From a virus (Duplodnaviria; Caudoviricetes): a stretch of DNA of 41,383 bases. This document shows positions 7,892 through 16,887 of this stretch, piece after piece (position 1 is the stretch's first letter; each line of letters begins with the position of its first letter). The DNA is taken from positions 1 to 41,383 of IMG/VR virus record IMGVR_UViG_3300021560_000858; one strand, given 5' to 3'. Under the pieces are notes generated by a model. That model searched no databases, was not told where the DNA came from, and saw only the letters and a program-made list of their open reading frames with translations. The translations under genes and the position numbers were made by a program.

Positions 7892-8448
7892 ACCACGACG
7901 GGCGACGTCGAGCCACCAAGGTCCTTGGCCTGAGTAAGGATCGGAATGCCGATCTTCTCGACTCCTGCATCCTCTGCGCCTTCGTCAAGGTCCAGATCAT
8001 TGGTGCCAGGGAGACTCTCTACGCCGATCAGCAAGGACGACAAATCGACCTGGTCGTCAACCCTCGAGTCGAGCCGCCCTATGGCTTCCGGTTCCCCTTC
8101 GCCCTGGAGAAGCGGCCGCCCTGCGCGGGATGCAAGGGAGGCGTCAGAGAGCGACGGACGGTCGTCAACGGGGAGATCGTCAGCAGCCGGGATTCCTGTC
8201 CGGACTGCTACGGCACCGGCCGTCAGCTCCGAGGAGACGAGTTCGCGCCGCTCTGCGAGTCCTGCGCTCAGTTCGTCATGGCCTGGCTGGAGGTCAGAGG
8301 TCGACTCCACGTGGAGCGGCATATGACGGCCGGCGGTAAGCTCATGGTGGCGACGCCGGCCATGCTGGCGCGGATGCTGGCCGGCGGCGCGCAACAGGAC
8401 AAGGCTCCGGGGCTGGCCAGGATCGGGTTGCCAGGCATCCAGCGATGA
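7888..8448 (+). CDS. Zinc-finger hypothetical protein (186 aa)
   Basis: CxxC, CAGCKGG, CPDCYGTG, CESC. Confidence 0.7.
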   Translation: MNHDGRRRATKVLGLSKDRNADLLDSCILCAFVKVQIIGARETLYADQQGRQIDLVVNPRVEPPYGFRFPFALEKRPPCAGCKGGVRERRTVVNGEIVSSRDSCPDCYGTGRQLRGDEFAPLCESCAQFVMAWLEVRGRLHVERHMTAGGKLMVATPAMLARMLAGGAQQDKAPGLARIGLPGIQR

Positions 8449-8537
8449 ACCGATGGCCAGGCTGGACCAGAGCGGACTCGGCTTCGATCATCGCGGCTGT
8501 CGCTGGCCTGGTCATCCTCTGTCTGTTGACGCGATAA
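8445..8537 (+). CDS. 30-aa membrane microprotein
   Basis: ATGA overlap; hydrophobic segment SIIAAVAGLVILCLL. Confidence 0.5.
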   Translation: MNRWPGWTRADSASIIAAVAGLVILCLLTR

Positions 8538-8547
8538 GGAGGACGTG

Positions 8548-8634
8548 ATGTTCGATGATCCGTACCCGCCTACGCCGCCACCGGACCCTCTGATTCCGGG
8601 CAATCCCTACGACGACGACCCCGACGAGTCGTGA
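8548..8634 (+). CDS. 28-aa Pro/Asp-rich microprotein
   Basis: Strong SD AAGGAGG; GTGA overlap with the next ORF. Confidence 0.5.
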   Translation: MFDDPYPPTPPPDPLIPGNPYDDDPDES

Positions 8635-8969
8635 TCCGGAACAAGATCGACGGCCGGGACGTGCCCATGAAGGTCCAGCACGGGGATGCCTGTCACGGGG
8701 GAGATGGAGGCATGTGCACGTGCACGCCCACGCTCGTGGTCGACGTCAGGCGACAGCGACTGGAGCACTTGACTTGCCCCGACTGTCCTGTCAAGCTGTA
8801 TCCCCGCACGCCCTGGGGAAAGAGATGGAAGACGTGTCGTTGCTGCGGCAGGTCGTGGAGGCCTCTGCTCGATGGTGGATTCGCTGAACAGGTATCGCTT
8901 GACCAACCATGCGGCCATGTGCCGGTTCAAGTGGCCGAACCTCTATCGAGGACTTCTCAAGACAACTGA
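8631..8969 (+). CDS. Cys-rich hypothetical protein
   Basis: H...C...CTC, CPDC, CRCC. Confidence 0.55.
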   Translation: MIRNKIDGRDVPMKVQHGDACHGGDGGMCTCTPTLVVDVRRQRLEHLTCPDCPVKLYPRTPWGKRWKTCRCCGRSWRPLLDGGFAEQVSLDQPCGHVPVQVAEPLSRTSQDN

Positions 8970-9333
8970 TCTCTGGCTCGCGTACCTGGAGGAGCTCCAA
9001 CTCGCTGGCGCGTCTCGTATTCCTGAACGGCGAGTCAAGAAGTTGCAGGCAATGATGGAGATGTTCGGCGTCGGCGGCCGACTGTTGGCTGTCCTGGACG
9101 CCATGGATCGTATCTATGACATCCAGGACATTCTCCTCTCAGGGAATCTGTGGGTTATGTCCGAGGAGAGCGCCGAGGCCGGCGGTGACCAGAGCCAGGT
9201 CAACGGCGTTCCCGAAGGCGTGACCGAGCCAGGCGTCGCCCAGACCGACCCCGATGGCGATCACGGCGCCAGTGGTGGTCGTGATGGTAGAAGGGGACAG
9301 CAGAGCCCCCATCGTGCCCTTCACGCCGTCTGA
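8872..9333 (+). CDS. Hypothetical protein, last gene of the + arm
   Basis: Helical-looking N-terminal two thirds; the tail overlaps the convergent holin candidate. Confidence 0.5.
   Translation: MVDSLNRYRLTNHAAMCRFKWPNLYRGLLKTTDLWLAYLEELQLAGASRIPERRVKKLQAMMEMFGVGGRLLAVLDAMDRIYDIQDILLSGNLWVMSEESAEAGGDQSQVNGVPEGVTEPGVAQTDPDGDHGASGGRDGRRGQQSPHRALHAV
9139..9324 (-). CDS. Holin candidate (two hydrophobic segments)
   Basis: 61 aa, coupled to the endolysin stop by a GTGA overlap. Confidence 0.6.
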   Translation of the reverse strand: MKGTMGALLSPSTITTTTGAVIAIGVGLGDAWLGHAFGNAVDLALVTAGLGALLGHNPQIP

Positions 9334-10079
9334 AGGGCCTTCTCGATCCTGGCCAGGATCGAGGCCGCGTCGACTGAGCCGCCGGCCTCGATCTCGGCCT
9401 TGATCGCGTCCAGCTCCGACTTGATGCCAGAGACACTCTGGACTCCAGCCAGAATGGCGTTGAGCGTGGCCACGATCCAGGGGTTCGGCTCGCGGTTGTC
9501 TCCGCCCGAGCCCAGAACGTTCAGCATCTCATCGAGCTTGGCTGCCAGCGTCGGGTCCATGTCGTCTCCTTCGGGCGCGCCGGTCACGGCGACCCGCACG
9601 ATGCGGTCCATGTCTAGCGAGTCGGGACAGGCCGTGGGGGCATTGCCCGTGCACTCACGGTGTCCGATCACGTGCTGCCGGTCGATGGGGATGCCGTAGC
9701 GTTGGCAGATATCCCGCACCAGAGCGGCTGATGCCGCGTAGAGCTCCGGAGTGCGAGGGCCGTTGAAGTCGCCCCCGTCCTCGTGCTCTATCGCGATCGA
9801 GTCCAGGTTGTCCCCCACTCCGCCGGTCCCGGTGTTGCCGTTAGCCCAGGGAGCGTCGTCCTCCGACACCCACTGGACGATTCTGCCGTCGAGGCCGACC
9901 CCGTAGGTCGCGCTGGCCTGTTGGCCCGGCTGCTGGAACCTGGCGTTGGCGCTCTCGACAGTCCCCACCATCGTATGCAGCACCACCCATGCCGGCTGGA
10001 CGTCCATGCGGTGGCCATCTCGTCCGGCGGTGAAGTTGGGGCTGCCGAGCCATCTCGCCCCGAGAGGCGTCGTCTTCAT
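9321..10079 (-). CDS. Endolysin, N-acetylmuramoyl-L-alanine amidase (Amidase_2)
   Basis: SPNF, VVLHT, SATYGV, WANG, NLDSIAIEHE, VIGHRE, TACP. Confidence 0.92.
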   Translation of the reverse strand: MKTTPLGARWLGSPNFTAGRDGHRMDVQPAWVVLHTMVGTVESANARFQQPGQQASATYGVGLDGRIVQWVSEDDAPWANGNTGTGGVGDNLDSIAIEHEDGGDFNGPRTPELYAASAALVRDICQRYGIPIDRQHVIGHRECTGNAPTACPDSLDMDRIVRVAVTGAPEGDDMDPTLAAKLDEMLNVLGSGGDNREPNPWIVATLNAILAGVQSVSGIKSELDAIKAEIEAGGSVDAASILARIEKALQTA

Positions 10080-10090
10080 GGGTATCTATT

Positions 10091-10465
10091 CTACTTGCCG
10101 TGAACGCTGATGCCCAATCTGCTCAGGATGTCGACCAGTCCCAGAACCGCCGTCACCGCGCTCAGCGCTCCCAGCCAGATCCGATAAGCGGTGCGCTGTC
10201 CCTGAACCTTGAGCCAGTTGTCCCAGAGCTCGGTGTTCTGTTTGACCACCGTATCCCATTGGCCCTGCTGCCCAACGTTCTGGTTCCACAGCACGTCAAC
10301 CCGATTCATCAAATTGAGATGCTCTGACATCGGCACCGTGTTCGCTCGAAGCTTCTCCAGCTCCGACGCGATGGTAGGGATCTGCTTGACGTCTCCCTCG
10401 ATGCGAGCGACGGAGACGGCCAGGTTAGCGGCCCACTGGGGGATCGACGCTTCTGGTTCCATCAT
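10091..10465 (-). CDS. Coiled-coil membrane protein, lysis-associated candidate
   Basis: C-terminal TM segment IWLGALSAVTAVLGLVDIL; directly upstream of the endolysin. Confidence 0.6.
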   Translation of the reverse strand: MMEPEASIPQWAANLAVSVARIEGDVKQIPTIASELEKLRANTVPMSEHLNLMNRVDVLWNQNVGQQGQWDTVVKQNTELWDNWLKVQGQRTAYRIWLGALSAVTAVLGLVDILSRLGISVHGK

Positions 10466-10469
10466 GAAA

Positions 10470-10661
10470 TTAATCCCTGGTTTTGCCAGATTTCCCACGT
10501 CGCAGTGTCTTACCCATGGCGCGATGCGCGTCTCGGGCGCCGCCTCCGGTGCCACGACGGTGCGCCGCCGTGCGAGAGGCCGCTTCTAGATCGCCCGTCG
10601 TGATGTTACTCTGGCTTCCGTGGCGGTTGCTGGGCTCGTTGCAACCGCAGTTCAAGCACAC
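10470..10661 (-). CDS. Small protein with MCxxCGC N-terminus and basic tail
   Basis: MCLNCGCNEPSNRHG...NIT..DL; ends in RRGKSGKTRD. Confidence 0.65.
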   Translation of the reverse strand: MCLNCGCNEPSNRHGSQSNITTGDLEAASRTAAHRRGTGGGARDAHRAMGKTLRRGKSGKTRD

Positions 10662-10662
10662 T

Positions 10663-11019
10663 TCAGAACCAGCTCACGGTCAGGAACGTCCCGGCCGCCA
10701 TGGCCCCGGAGCTGTTGACGATGATGCTGGCGGGCAAGGCCGAAGTGTCGAAGTTCAGCAACATCGGGCCGGTCTTGCTGATCCTGATGCCAGTATCGGC
10801 GCCCGCTCCCTTCAGAGTCAGGTTGAGGGCATTGGCAACCGGAGGCTGGATCATGCACCCCACCACACCGGCCGGGACCGCTATCGTGTTGTCGCCGCTG
10901 GCCAGCGTCACGGCACTGATCTGGTCGATCTGGTTGACGCCCACGATCGACCCGGAGACGACCTTGCTCCCGGTCTGGATCGTTGCGGACTGGCTGGTGA
11001 TGCTCACCGTCAGGGCCAC
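10663..11019 (-). CDS. Putative virion structural protein (beta-rich, 118 aa)
   Basis: T/S/V/G-rich composition; coupled within the late operon. Confidence 0.6.
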   Translation of the reverse strand: MALTVSITSQSATIQTGSKVVSGSIVGVNQIDQISAVTLASGDNTIAVPAGVVGCMIQPPVANALNLTLKGAGADTGIRISKTGPMLLNFDTSALPASIIVNSSGAMAAGTFLTVSWF

Positions 11020-11156
11020 TACTTCTTCCCTCTCTTGCCTTTGCGGGCCTTGCGATAGGCCGCCGCCACAGCCTGATTCTGAGGATGGCCAGCCTTCACC
11101 ATCTCCCGGATGTTGTCCGAGATGGTGCCCGGAGAGCTACCCTCCTTGAGCGGCAC
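11019..11156 (-). CDS. 45-aa basic protein [45 protein letters not shown]
   Basis: Translated by hand and absent from the ORF track. It resembles small phage MPLKKG...NI.E....G.P..QAVA.A proteins. Confidence 0.7.
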   Translation of the reverse strand: MPLKEGSSPGTISDNIREMVKAGHPQNQAVAAAYRKARKGKRGKK

Positions 11157-11295
11157 GACGCCCCTTCCGAGGCTTGTCAAGTGGTCGACGCTTTCCCTGC
11201 ATCTGACGCTGAGGATTGTACTGGCTGTACCCGCCGAAGCTCAGCCAGCCTTGCTGCGCCGGTCTCGCGAGATCGTGTACCTGCTTCTGATCCAT
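11137..11295 (-). CDS. 52-aa basic hypothetical protein
   Basis: TGATG coupling at 11295; ends in [12 protein letters not shown]. Confidence 0.5.
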   Translation of the reverse strand: MDQKQVHDLARPAQQGWLSFGGYSQYNPQRQMQGKRRPLDKPRKGRRAAQGG

Positions 11296-11981
11296 CAGAG
11301 CACCCTCAGCGCATTGTACCAATGAGGGAAGTAGTACTCGTTGGCTGCCGCGACCGGAGCCACCAGAGCGCACCAGATGCAGGTGTCATCAGTGAAGTTG
11401 GTCGTGAAGCTCTGCGTCCCGGGATCAGCCGGCGGACTGATCGCCTTGTAGGCGGCGAGATTGCTCGGGGGGCTGCCATCATAGGTGATGATGTCCGTGT
11501 AGGTGCCGTCAGGTCCACTCGTGACGCCGTCGAAGCTGCTCACAAAGATCATGTGCCAGGCGTGGTCCGTGACTGTCGAGCCGGGATCAGGCGAGCTGAT
11601 CGGACTGCCGCTGCCAGCGGCGCTGACGGGAGCTTGATCGAAAATGCCCGCCGACACGTCTCTGAGAGCAATGATGCTCGCGGCGACGTAGTGCAGACCC
11701 GAGCTGTCGTCGTTGCTGAGACTGTAGCTCGCCGGCTCTGAATTAGCTACTCGCGTGTACAAGCCCAGGGCCGTCGAGCCCACTGTTCCAGCAGACTTCT
11801 TTACGCCCACCAGGGTCCAGCCGGCCGGCGTATTCGGCGTCGCGGGACCCAACGCCGCGCCGTATCCGTTGATCATGGCGATCAGCAAGTTGCCATTGGC
11901 GACGGCGGCGTCGACGCTGACGGTGACACTCGCCCCGAAGGCGTTGACTCCGGCGTGCGGCGTCCCGACCAACGCCGGCAT
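11295..11981 (-). CDS. Putative tail fibre or receptor-binding accessory protein
   Basis: Beta-rich, with GNLLIA...TPAGWTLVG...YTRVA.SEPASY pattern typical of phage tail-associated domains. Confidence 0.55.
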   Translation of the reverse strand: MPALVGTPHAGVNAFGASVTVSVDAAVANGNLLIAMINGYGAALGPATPNTPAGWTLVGVKKSAGTVGSTALGLYTRVANSEPASYSLSNDDSSGLHYVAASIIALRDVSAGIFDQAPVSAAGSGSPISSPDPGSTVTDHAWHMIFVSSFDGVTSGPDGTYTDIITYDGSPPSNLAAYKAISPPADPGTQSFTTNFTDDTCIWCALVAPVAAANEYYFPHWYNALRVL

Positions 11982-11982
11982 A

Positions 11983-12261
11983 TCAGGCCGAGAAGCTGGC
12001 CCGTAGGCCCCGCGCCGTATTGTTCGCCAACAGTCCCTGACCACTCAATGAGAAGACCTGATTATTGGCCTTGGCGGGAATCGTAATCCCAAATCCGGCG
12101 ATAGACGCCGAGGCGTCGCCATCCAGATCGTTCGACCCGTGAGCCTGGTTGATACCGTTGGTCACGTCATTGATGTCGATGTCGAGATGGATGTGGCCGG
12201 CGGGCTTCCCGTCCGGATTGATCCTCTGCATAGTCAGGCAATCCAGATGGACCGTGGCCAT
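11983..12261 (-). CDS. Hypothetical late protein (92 aa)
   Basis: TGATG coupling at 12261. Confidence 0.55.
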   Translation of the reverse strand: MATVHLDCLTMQRINPDGKPAGHIHLDIDINDVTNGINQAHGSNDLDGDASASIAGFGITIPAKANNQVFSLSGQGLLANNTARGLRASFSA

Positions 12262-12866
12262 CAGAGCGGCGCTACCTCGAAGAAGGCCCGAAAGGCACCG
12301 CCCGTGAAGGCGGCAGGCGCCGTGAGCTCGACGCCGAGGCAGGGATACTCTTGCGCCAACTCGGTCATCGACGTGGGCGGACTGGCGCTCGGGTTGCCCG
12401 GGGAGGTCGCGCTGAACCAGTACACTCCCTGCGGGATGCTGGCGACCGATCCGGCGAAGTTCACGGGCGAGCCTATGAGCTGGCTGGAGTTCGGCGCCGT
12501 ACCACTGGGGATCTGGCTGCTTCCCGCGCTCTGCGCGCCCGCGAACGGCGCGCTCGGCCGAGCGCTCGGGGTGCCCAGGACCCCGAAGATGGTTCGTGCC
12601 GCGAAGAGCTGCAACGTGGCCTGTTGCGCGGCGCCACTGGTGATCGCCGTATCGACGATGACGATCAAGCTCTTGATGCGACTCACCACCGGTACCAGCG
12701 GAGTGTCCACCCACCTGGACCCGTTGGTGATCGTAACCCCTGACCCCGCCAACACTATCGAACCCGGTCCGTAAAGGGGAACCTCGTTCTGAGGCAGTCC
12801 GATTCCACCCATATCGAGGTGCGGATCGAGCAGCGTCAGATCGCGGAGGGCTACCTCATACGGCAC
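12261..12866 (-). CDS. Putative structural protein (201 aa), leaderless
   Basis: Extended -10 TGATAGAAT lies 6 nt before GTG 12866. Confidence 0.6.
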   Translation of the reverse strand: MPYEVALRDLTLLDPHLDMGGIGLPQNEVPLYGPGSIVLAGSGVTITNGSRWVDTPLVPVVSRIKSLIVIVDTAITSGAAQQATLQLFAARTIFGVLGTPSARPSAPFAGAQSAGSSQIPSGTAPNSSQLIGSPVNFAGSVASIPQGVYWFSATSPGNPSASPPTSMTELAQEYPCLGVELTAPAAFTGGAFRAFFEVAPL

Positions 12867-12878
12867 CTGGCTATTCTA

Positions 12879-13517
12879 TCATGAGGCGGGCATGGCGACC
12901 CAGAGCTCGAAGAAAGTCCCTGTCGCCAGGTTGCCCGCGCCGCTGAAGAAGTGCAGCTTCGTCACCGCGCCTTGAGCTCCAGTGAAGTATCCCGCACCCA
13001 TGCGGCGTAGCACGGCGCCCGAGTTGATCTGCGCGGTGTCCCACCATATCTTCGCCTGCTGCGTGGGATCAGAATAGCGTTCCAGGTAGATACGTCCGTT
13101 CGAAGCCCACTGAGCGCCTGTACCTCCACCGGTGGTCACGAAGGCTCCCCACGAAGCCGCCGCCAGCAGACCATTGCCAACTGGTCCGCCACCATTCGTA
13201 TTGGAGACATCCGTCCAACTGTAATGACCGGCGATGTCCACCGCTCCGCCGTTGACCGCGATCTGCATACCGCCGAAACTGGCGCTGGCATTGGCGCTGG
13301 TGTCGCTGGCCGACCAGTAAATCTTCGCGTGCAATCCCTGCGGTGGCAGCGGGATATCACCGAGAGAGGTCGTGTCGAGTGCCGGCGTCAAGATCGTATA
13401 GCGCTGTACATACCTCCAAATCACGGGCGATTGCGGGAAGGAGAAGTTCAGGCGCGGGGCGGTAGACGGCTGTGGCTCAGGCTGTGGGCTCACCGGCCTG
13501 AGGCGTGGGCCGGGCAT
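12879..13517 (-). CDS. Putative tail protein (212 aa)
   Basis: TGATG coupling with the upstream gene; C-terminal AVTKLHFFSGAGNLATGTFFELW resembles a tail-fibre domain. Confidence 0.6.
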   Translation of the reverse strand: MPGPRLRPVSPQPEPQPSTAPRLNFSFPQSPVIWRYVQRYTILTPALDTTSLGDIPLPPQGLHAKIYWSASDTSANASASFGGMQIAVNGGAVDIAGHYSWTDVSNTNGGGPVGNGLLAAASWGAFVTTGGGTGAQWASNGRIYLERYSDPTQQAKIWWDTAQINSGAVLRRMGAGYFTGAQGAVTKLHFFSGAGNLATGTFFELWVAMPAS

Positions 13518-15787
13518 CAGACGTCCTCTCGGAACTTGAGCTCGACGACCTCTTGGTACGTATTCGGCTGGTCGCTCAGGTAGCTGACTCCGAACGGCTT
13601 CGGGCTCTTGCCCGAAATGAGCTGGATGATCGCGTTGTACTTGTCCCCATTGGGCAGGGAGACGACGCACTCTCCACCCCGGAGACGCCAGAGCTGTCGC
13701 AGGAAGTTGTAAGCCGACAGCTCGTCGACTCCCAGACCCTGGCTGGTGAAGCAGTAGTCCTGATCGTTGTTGAGCCTGGCCCGGCCGCTCATGGCCAGGT
13801 AAAGATGCCAACTCCATCCGGTCGCGACCTGGATGGCGATCGAGACCAGCTTCACGGCCGGTGTGGTGATCGTGGAAGGTCCGGTCGTCGTAACCCTGTA
13901 CACCAGCTTGCGAGCCACTTTGTTGATGATCAGATTGAGCTGACTCTGACCCGCAAGCCCTCCGTTGAGGCCGGCCGCGACCACGCCCGTCGTGAAGTCA
14001 GGAATCGCGGTCAAGTTACTGGGGTCCTGGTCCAACCAGGCATCGAGTCGGACCGTAATACCGGTGTCAGCAGGCAAGGGCGTAAAGCTGGCGACCACCT
14101 GCCTGTACAGTTTGTTTTGTCCGCTCGTGAAGTCGATGAGCGAGCTCGTGATCTGCGTGCCCTGCTGGAGCAAAGCTGTCCCGAACTGAGACGTCGAAAC
14201 GCCAACCATCATGTTCTGCACGTTGGTCACATCCTGGGCACTGTTCGATTGGCTTAGCGTCGGCACCCCCACCATCCACTCCGCATTGAAAGTGCCGGCC
14301 GGGACCGGGTACTGCACAGGCGCCGCGATGGACATGCGTCGGCCCATCTGCGCGCCCAGGAAGATGTTATAGCCGCCGATGTCCTGGATCTTGAATAGTC
14401 GACCGCGAAGGACGTCATAGGCGAAGACCTGGATAGAGGTGGTCGCCTGCGACACCGGGCGATAGTAGATGGCGAAGACCGCGTAGGGTCCGAACGCCAC
14501 CGGCTCCGTCTCCCCCGCGATGGCATTGCTGACCGCCACCGTCGGAGTCTGCACCTGCACCGGACCGATGTGCTGTAGACCTCCGCCCTGGAAGAGGTAC
14601 ATATCCACCGTGTTCCCGATCCCATTCAACGCCGTGTCGTTGGCGGCGAGTATGAACACCCCGCCCGCGATAGGCGTGAAGAGAACGTTCGTACAGTTCG
14701 GAAACTCGGCCAATGTCGTATGTGTCTGAGAGGCGATGTTGAATTGGACCAGATGCCCGCGCTGTCCACTAGTGACCGCATAAAGGATGTTGTCACCCTG
14801 GAACTCGACTTGCAAAACTTGCCCGTCGAGGTTATTGGGGCCGCCAAGAGGCACCGGGGCCGCACTGGCCCCGAACGTCACTGAGCTGAGATCGTAGACC
14901 TGGAGTGTCGGCACCAAGGACTGACTCACGTAGAGCACGGCCAGGTAAGATTTGCTGGCTACTCGCGCCACCGCCAATCTCACATTGAAGACGCCCGCCG
15001 CCGAACTGGTGCCGGCCGCCGGCGTGATGGTCGTCGTAAACGCCACCGGCGGCGGTGCTCCGTCGGCATAAGCATTGACAACCACCGCACCCACGCCGGT
15101 CGTGGTTGCCAACCAAAGGTACCCCAGAGCAAACACATAGTCGATGCCCGTCAGGGAGCCGTTGGGAAGATATGGCGTTCCGTTTGTGCTATTGGGGATG
15201 GGGTCAATCTTCCGCAGCGCCGCAGGAGTGCGGATTGCCAGAATGTTATGTCCGTCCGAATTCCGCATATATGCGTAGGCAAATGACTGCAAGCTCGTCG
15301 TGACCGAACCGGGAACGAAATTCCCGCCAGTCACTCCATTGCCAGCGGCCCGCATGATAGCGGGCTCGGCCTGCTCCGGATTGGTCGTGTACCCGCCCTG
15401 GGGAAGGTAATCGGTAATCGGCCAGAGCACTCCCAGGCCATCCCAGTAGGCCGTGCTCTTGTTCGAGATGGTGCCCACCGCCTCCCCCTGGCCGCTGAAC
15501 ACCCGCTGGCCCTGGCCATCCTGCCAGTTGCCCTGCTCGACCTGCGGCCAGGCATCGAAGTCGCGGTCGATGACCTGAGCGCTGGAGAGCTGAGTGAGCT
15601 GGTCCTTGCGCTGGATCTCCGTCGCCTCCTCCGTCGGCGTTTGCGGGTTGGTGCTGCACACGTAAGCCACCGCGTTCAGGCTCTGCGCACGTCTATTCCG
15701 ATCCAGGCAGGGAAGAGTCGACCCGTCTCTCGTGGCGATCAGCAGATCGTAGCGAGGACCGATGTCCGAATCTTGCGGAATCGGCAC
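13517..15787 (-). CDS. Putative tail nozzle / tubular protein B-like (756 aa, beta-propeller-like)
   Basis: Size, beta-rich composition, late DF...NKLYRQV motif, and position downstream of the adaptor. Confidence 0.55.
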   Translation of the reverse strand: MPIPQDSDIGPRYDLLIATRDGSTLPCLDRNRRAQSLNAVAYVCSTNPQTPTEEATEIQRKDQLTQLSSAQVIDRDFDAWPQVEQGNWQDGQGQRVFSGQGEAVGTISNKSTAYWDGLGVLWPITDYLPQGGYTTNPEQAEPAIMRAAGNGVTGGNFVPGSVTTSLQSFAYAYMRNSDGHNILAIRTPAALRKIDPIPNSTNGTPYLPNGSLTGIDYVFALGYLWLATTTGVGAVVVNAYADGAPPPVAFTTTITPAAGTSSAAGVFNVRLAVARVASKSYLAVLYVSQSLVPTLQVYDLSSVTFGASAAPVPLGGPNNLDGQVLQVEFQGDNILYAVTSGQRGHLVQFNIASQTHTTLAEFPNCTNVLFTPIAGGVFILAANDTALNGIGNTVDMYLFQGGGLQHIGPVQVQTPTVAVSNAIAGETEPVAFGPYAVFAIYYRPVSQATTSIQVFAYDVLRGRLFKIQDIGGYNIFLGAQMGRRMSIAAPVQYPVPAGTFNAEWMVGVPTLSQSNSAQDVTNVQNMMVGVSTSQFGTALLQQGTQITSSLIDFTSGQNKLYRQVVASFTPLPADTGITVRLDAWLDQDPSNLTAIPDFTTGVVAAGLNGGLAGQSQLNLIINKVARKLVYRVTTTGPSTITTPAVKLVSIAIQVATGWSWHLYLAMSGRARLNNDQDYCFTSQGLGVDELSAYNFLRQLWRLRGGECVVSLPNGDKYNAIIQLISGKSPKPFGVSYLSDQPNTYQEVVELKFREDV

Positions 15788-15789
15788 GC

Positions 15790-16887
15790 TCAGACGGCCT
15801 CTACAGCGGCGGAAGGCGGGGGTACGTGTAGGACCAGGTCCGACCGCGTATCGGCCGTCTCCGTCGAGCTCAGCGGCTCCAGGGGCAGATGTCCGGTGGT
15901 CATCACCTGAGCGTCGATGCGACAGCGACTCAGTCCACGCTCACTAGCCTCCGTCAGGCAGTCGTAGACCACGTGGCGCAGGCGCAGCACCGCTCCCCTG
16001 GCCCCCGTCTTCTCCTGCACGGCCAGGTGCGCGGCCTGAGCCACGGCGCCGCCGTCGAGCTCCAGTGCGCAACCCACCGCCTGGAACATAGTCCTGAGCT
16101 TGGGAGCCTCTTGCGCTTCGATGATCTCGATCAACTGCTCACCCTTGAGAGGCTTGACCCAGGCCGCCACTTCGCAGCGATTGACGAGCTCGGGCAGCAT
16201 GCCATATCGACGGAAGTCCTCCGGTCCCGCCTTCTCCCAGAGGTGGCTTTCCTCGACTAGCGTATCTTGCTGATGACGTTGCTTGATGATGTGATGGAGG
16301 CCATCGAACGCGCCCGCCAACACCCACATCGCTCGCCGCGTCTCGAATCGAACCGGCAGCCAGGCGTCAGGGTCCTGGTTCTCCGGGTCCTCCGGGTCTT
16401 CCTCGCGTAGAGCAGAGAGATCCTTCCCCTCATCCTGGAAGTAGACGTCTTCTCGCTCCACGTAACGGAGCAGCTCCGCCATCCGACTCGTACCCATGGC
16501 GATCTGCTCCGAATCAGACGACTTCATGCCGCCGCGCGTCCACTTGTCCACCTCATCGACGAAGACGATCCCCTCGCTCTTCCGATAGAGCAGGTAGTGT
16601 TGGGCGAGCAGGTCGCGAAGCGTGACGCCTTTGTAGCCGGCGGACGAGACGCCGGCCCCGCCGATCACGCTGTAGGGCAGCCCGCTGGCCTGGCAGCAAA
16701 GCTCGACGCCGAAGGTCTTGCCCGAGCCACTGGGGCCATAGACCAGCACGGTGGGACGACCAACAGAGCTGTCGTCGAGAAACAGCGTGTAGTGGGTGAA
16801 GGCGGCGGCGAGCTTGCGCTTCAGGTCGAACTGTCCGACGATCGGCGCCATCGCCTCCATGAAGTACGTCGGAGGCTTGAAGTTCAT
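15790..16887 (-). CDS. ClpX-like AAA+ ATPase lacking the zinc-binding domain and IGF loop (365 aa)
   Basis: IVGQ, Walker A GPSGSGKT, pore loop GYKG, Walker B VFVDEVDK, GAFDGL, YGMLPELVNR, sensor II TGARG. Confidence 0.88.
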   Translation of the reverse strand: MNFKPPTYFMEAMAPIVGQFDLKRKLAAAFTHYTLFLDDSSVGRPTVLVYGPSGSGKTFGVELCCQASGLPYSVIGGAGVSSAGYKGVTLRDLLAQHYLLYRKSEGIVFVDEVDKWTRGGMKSSDSEQIAMGTSRMAELLRYVEREDVYFQDEGKDLSALREEDPEDPENQDPDAWLPVRFETRRAMWVLAGAFDGLHHIIKQRHQQDTLVEESHLWEKAGPEDFRRYGMLPELVNRCEVAAWVKPLKGEQLIEIIEAQEAPKLRTMFQAVGCALELDGGAVAQAAHLAVQEKTGARGAVLRLRHVVYDCLTEASERGLSRCRIDAQVMTTGHLPLEPLSSTETADTRSDLVLHVPPPSAAVEAV

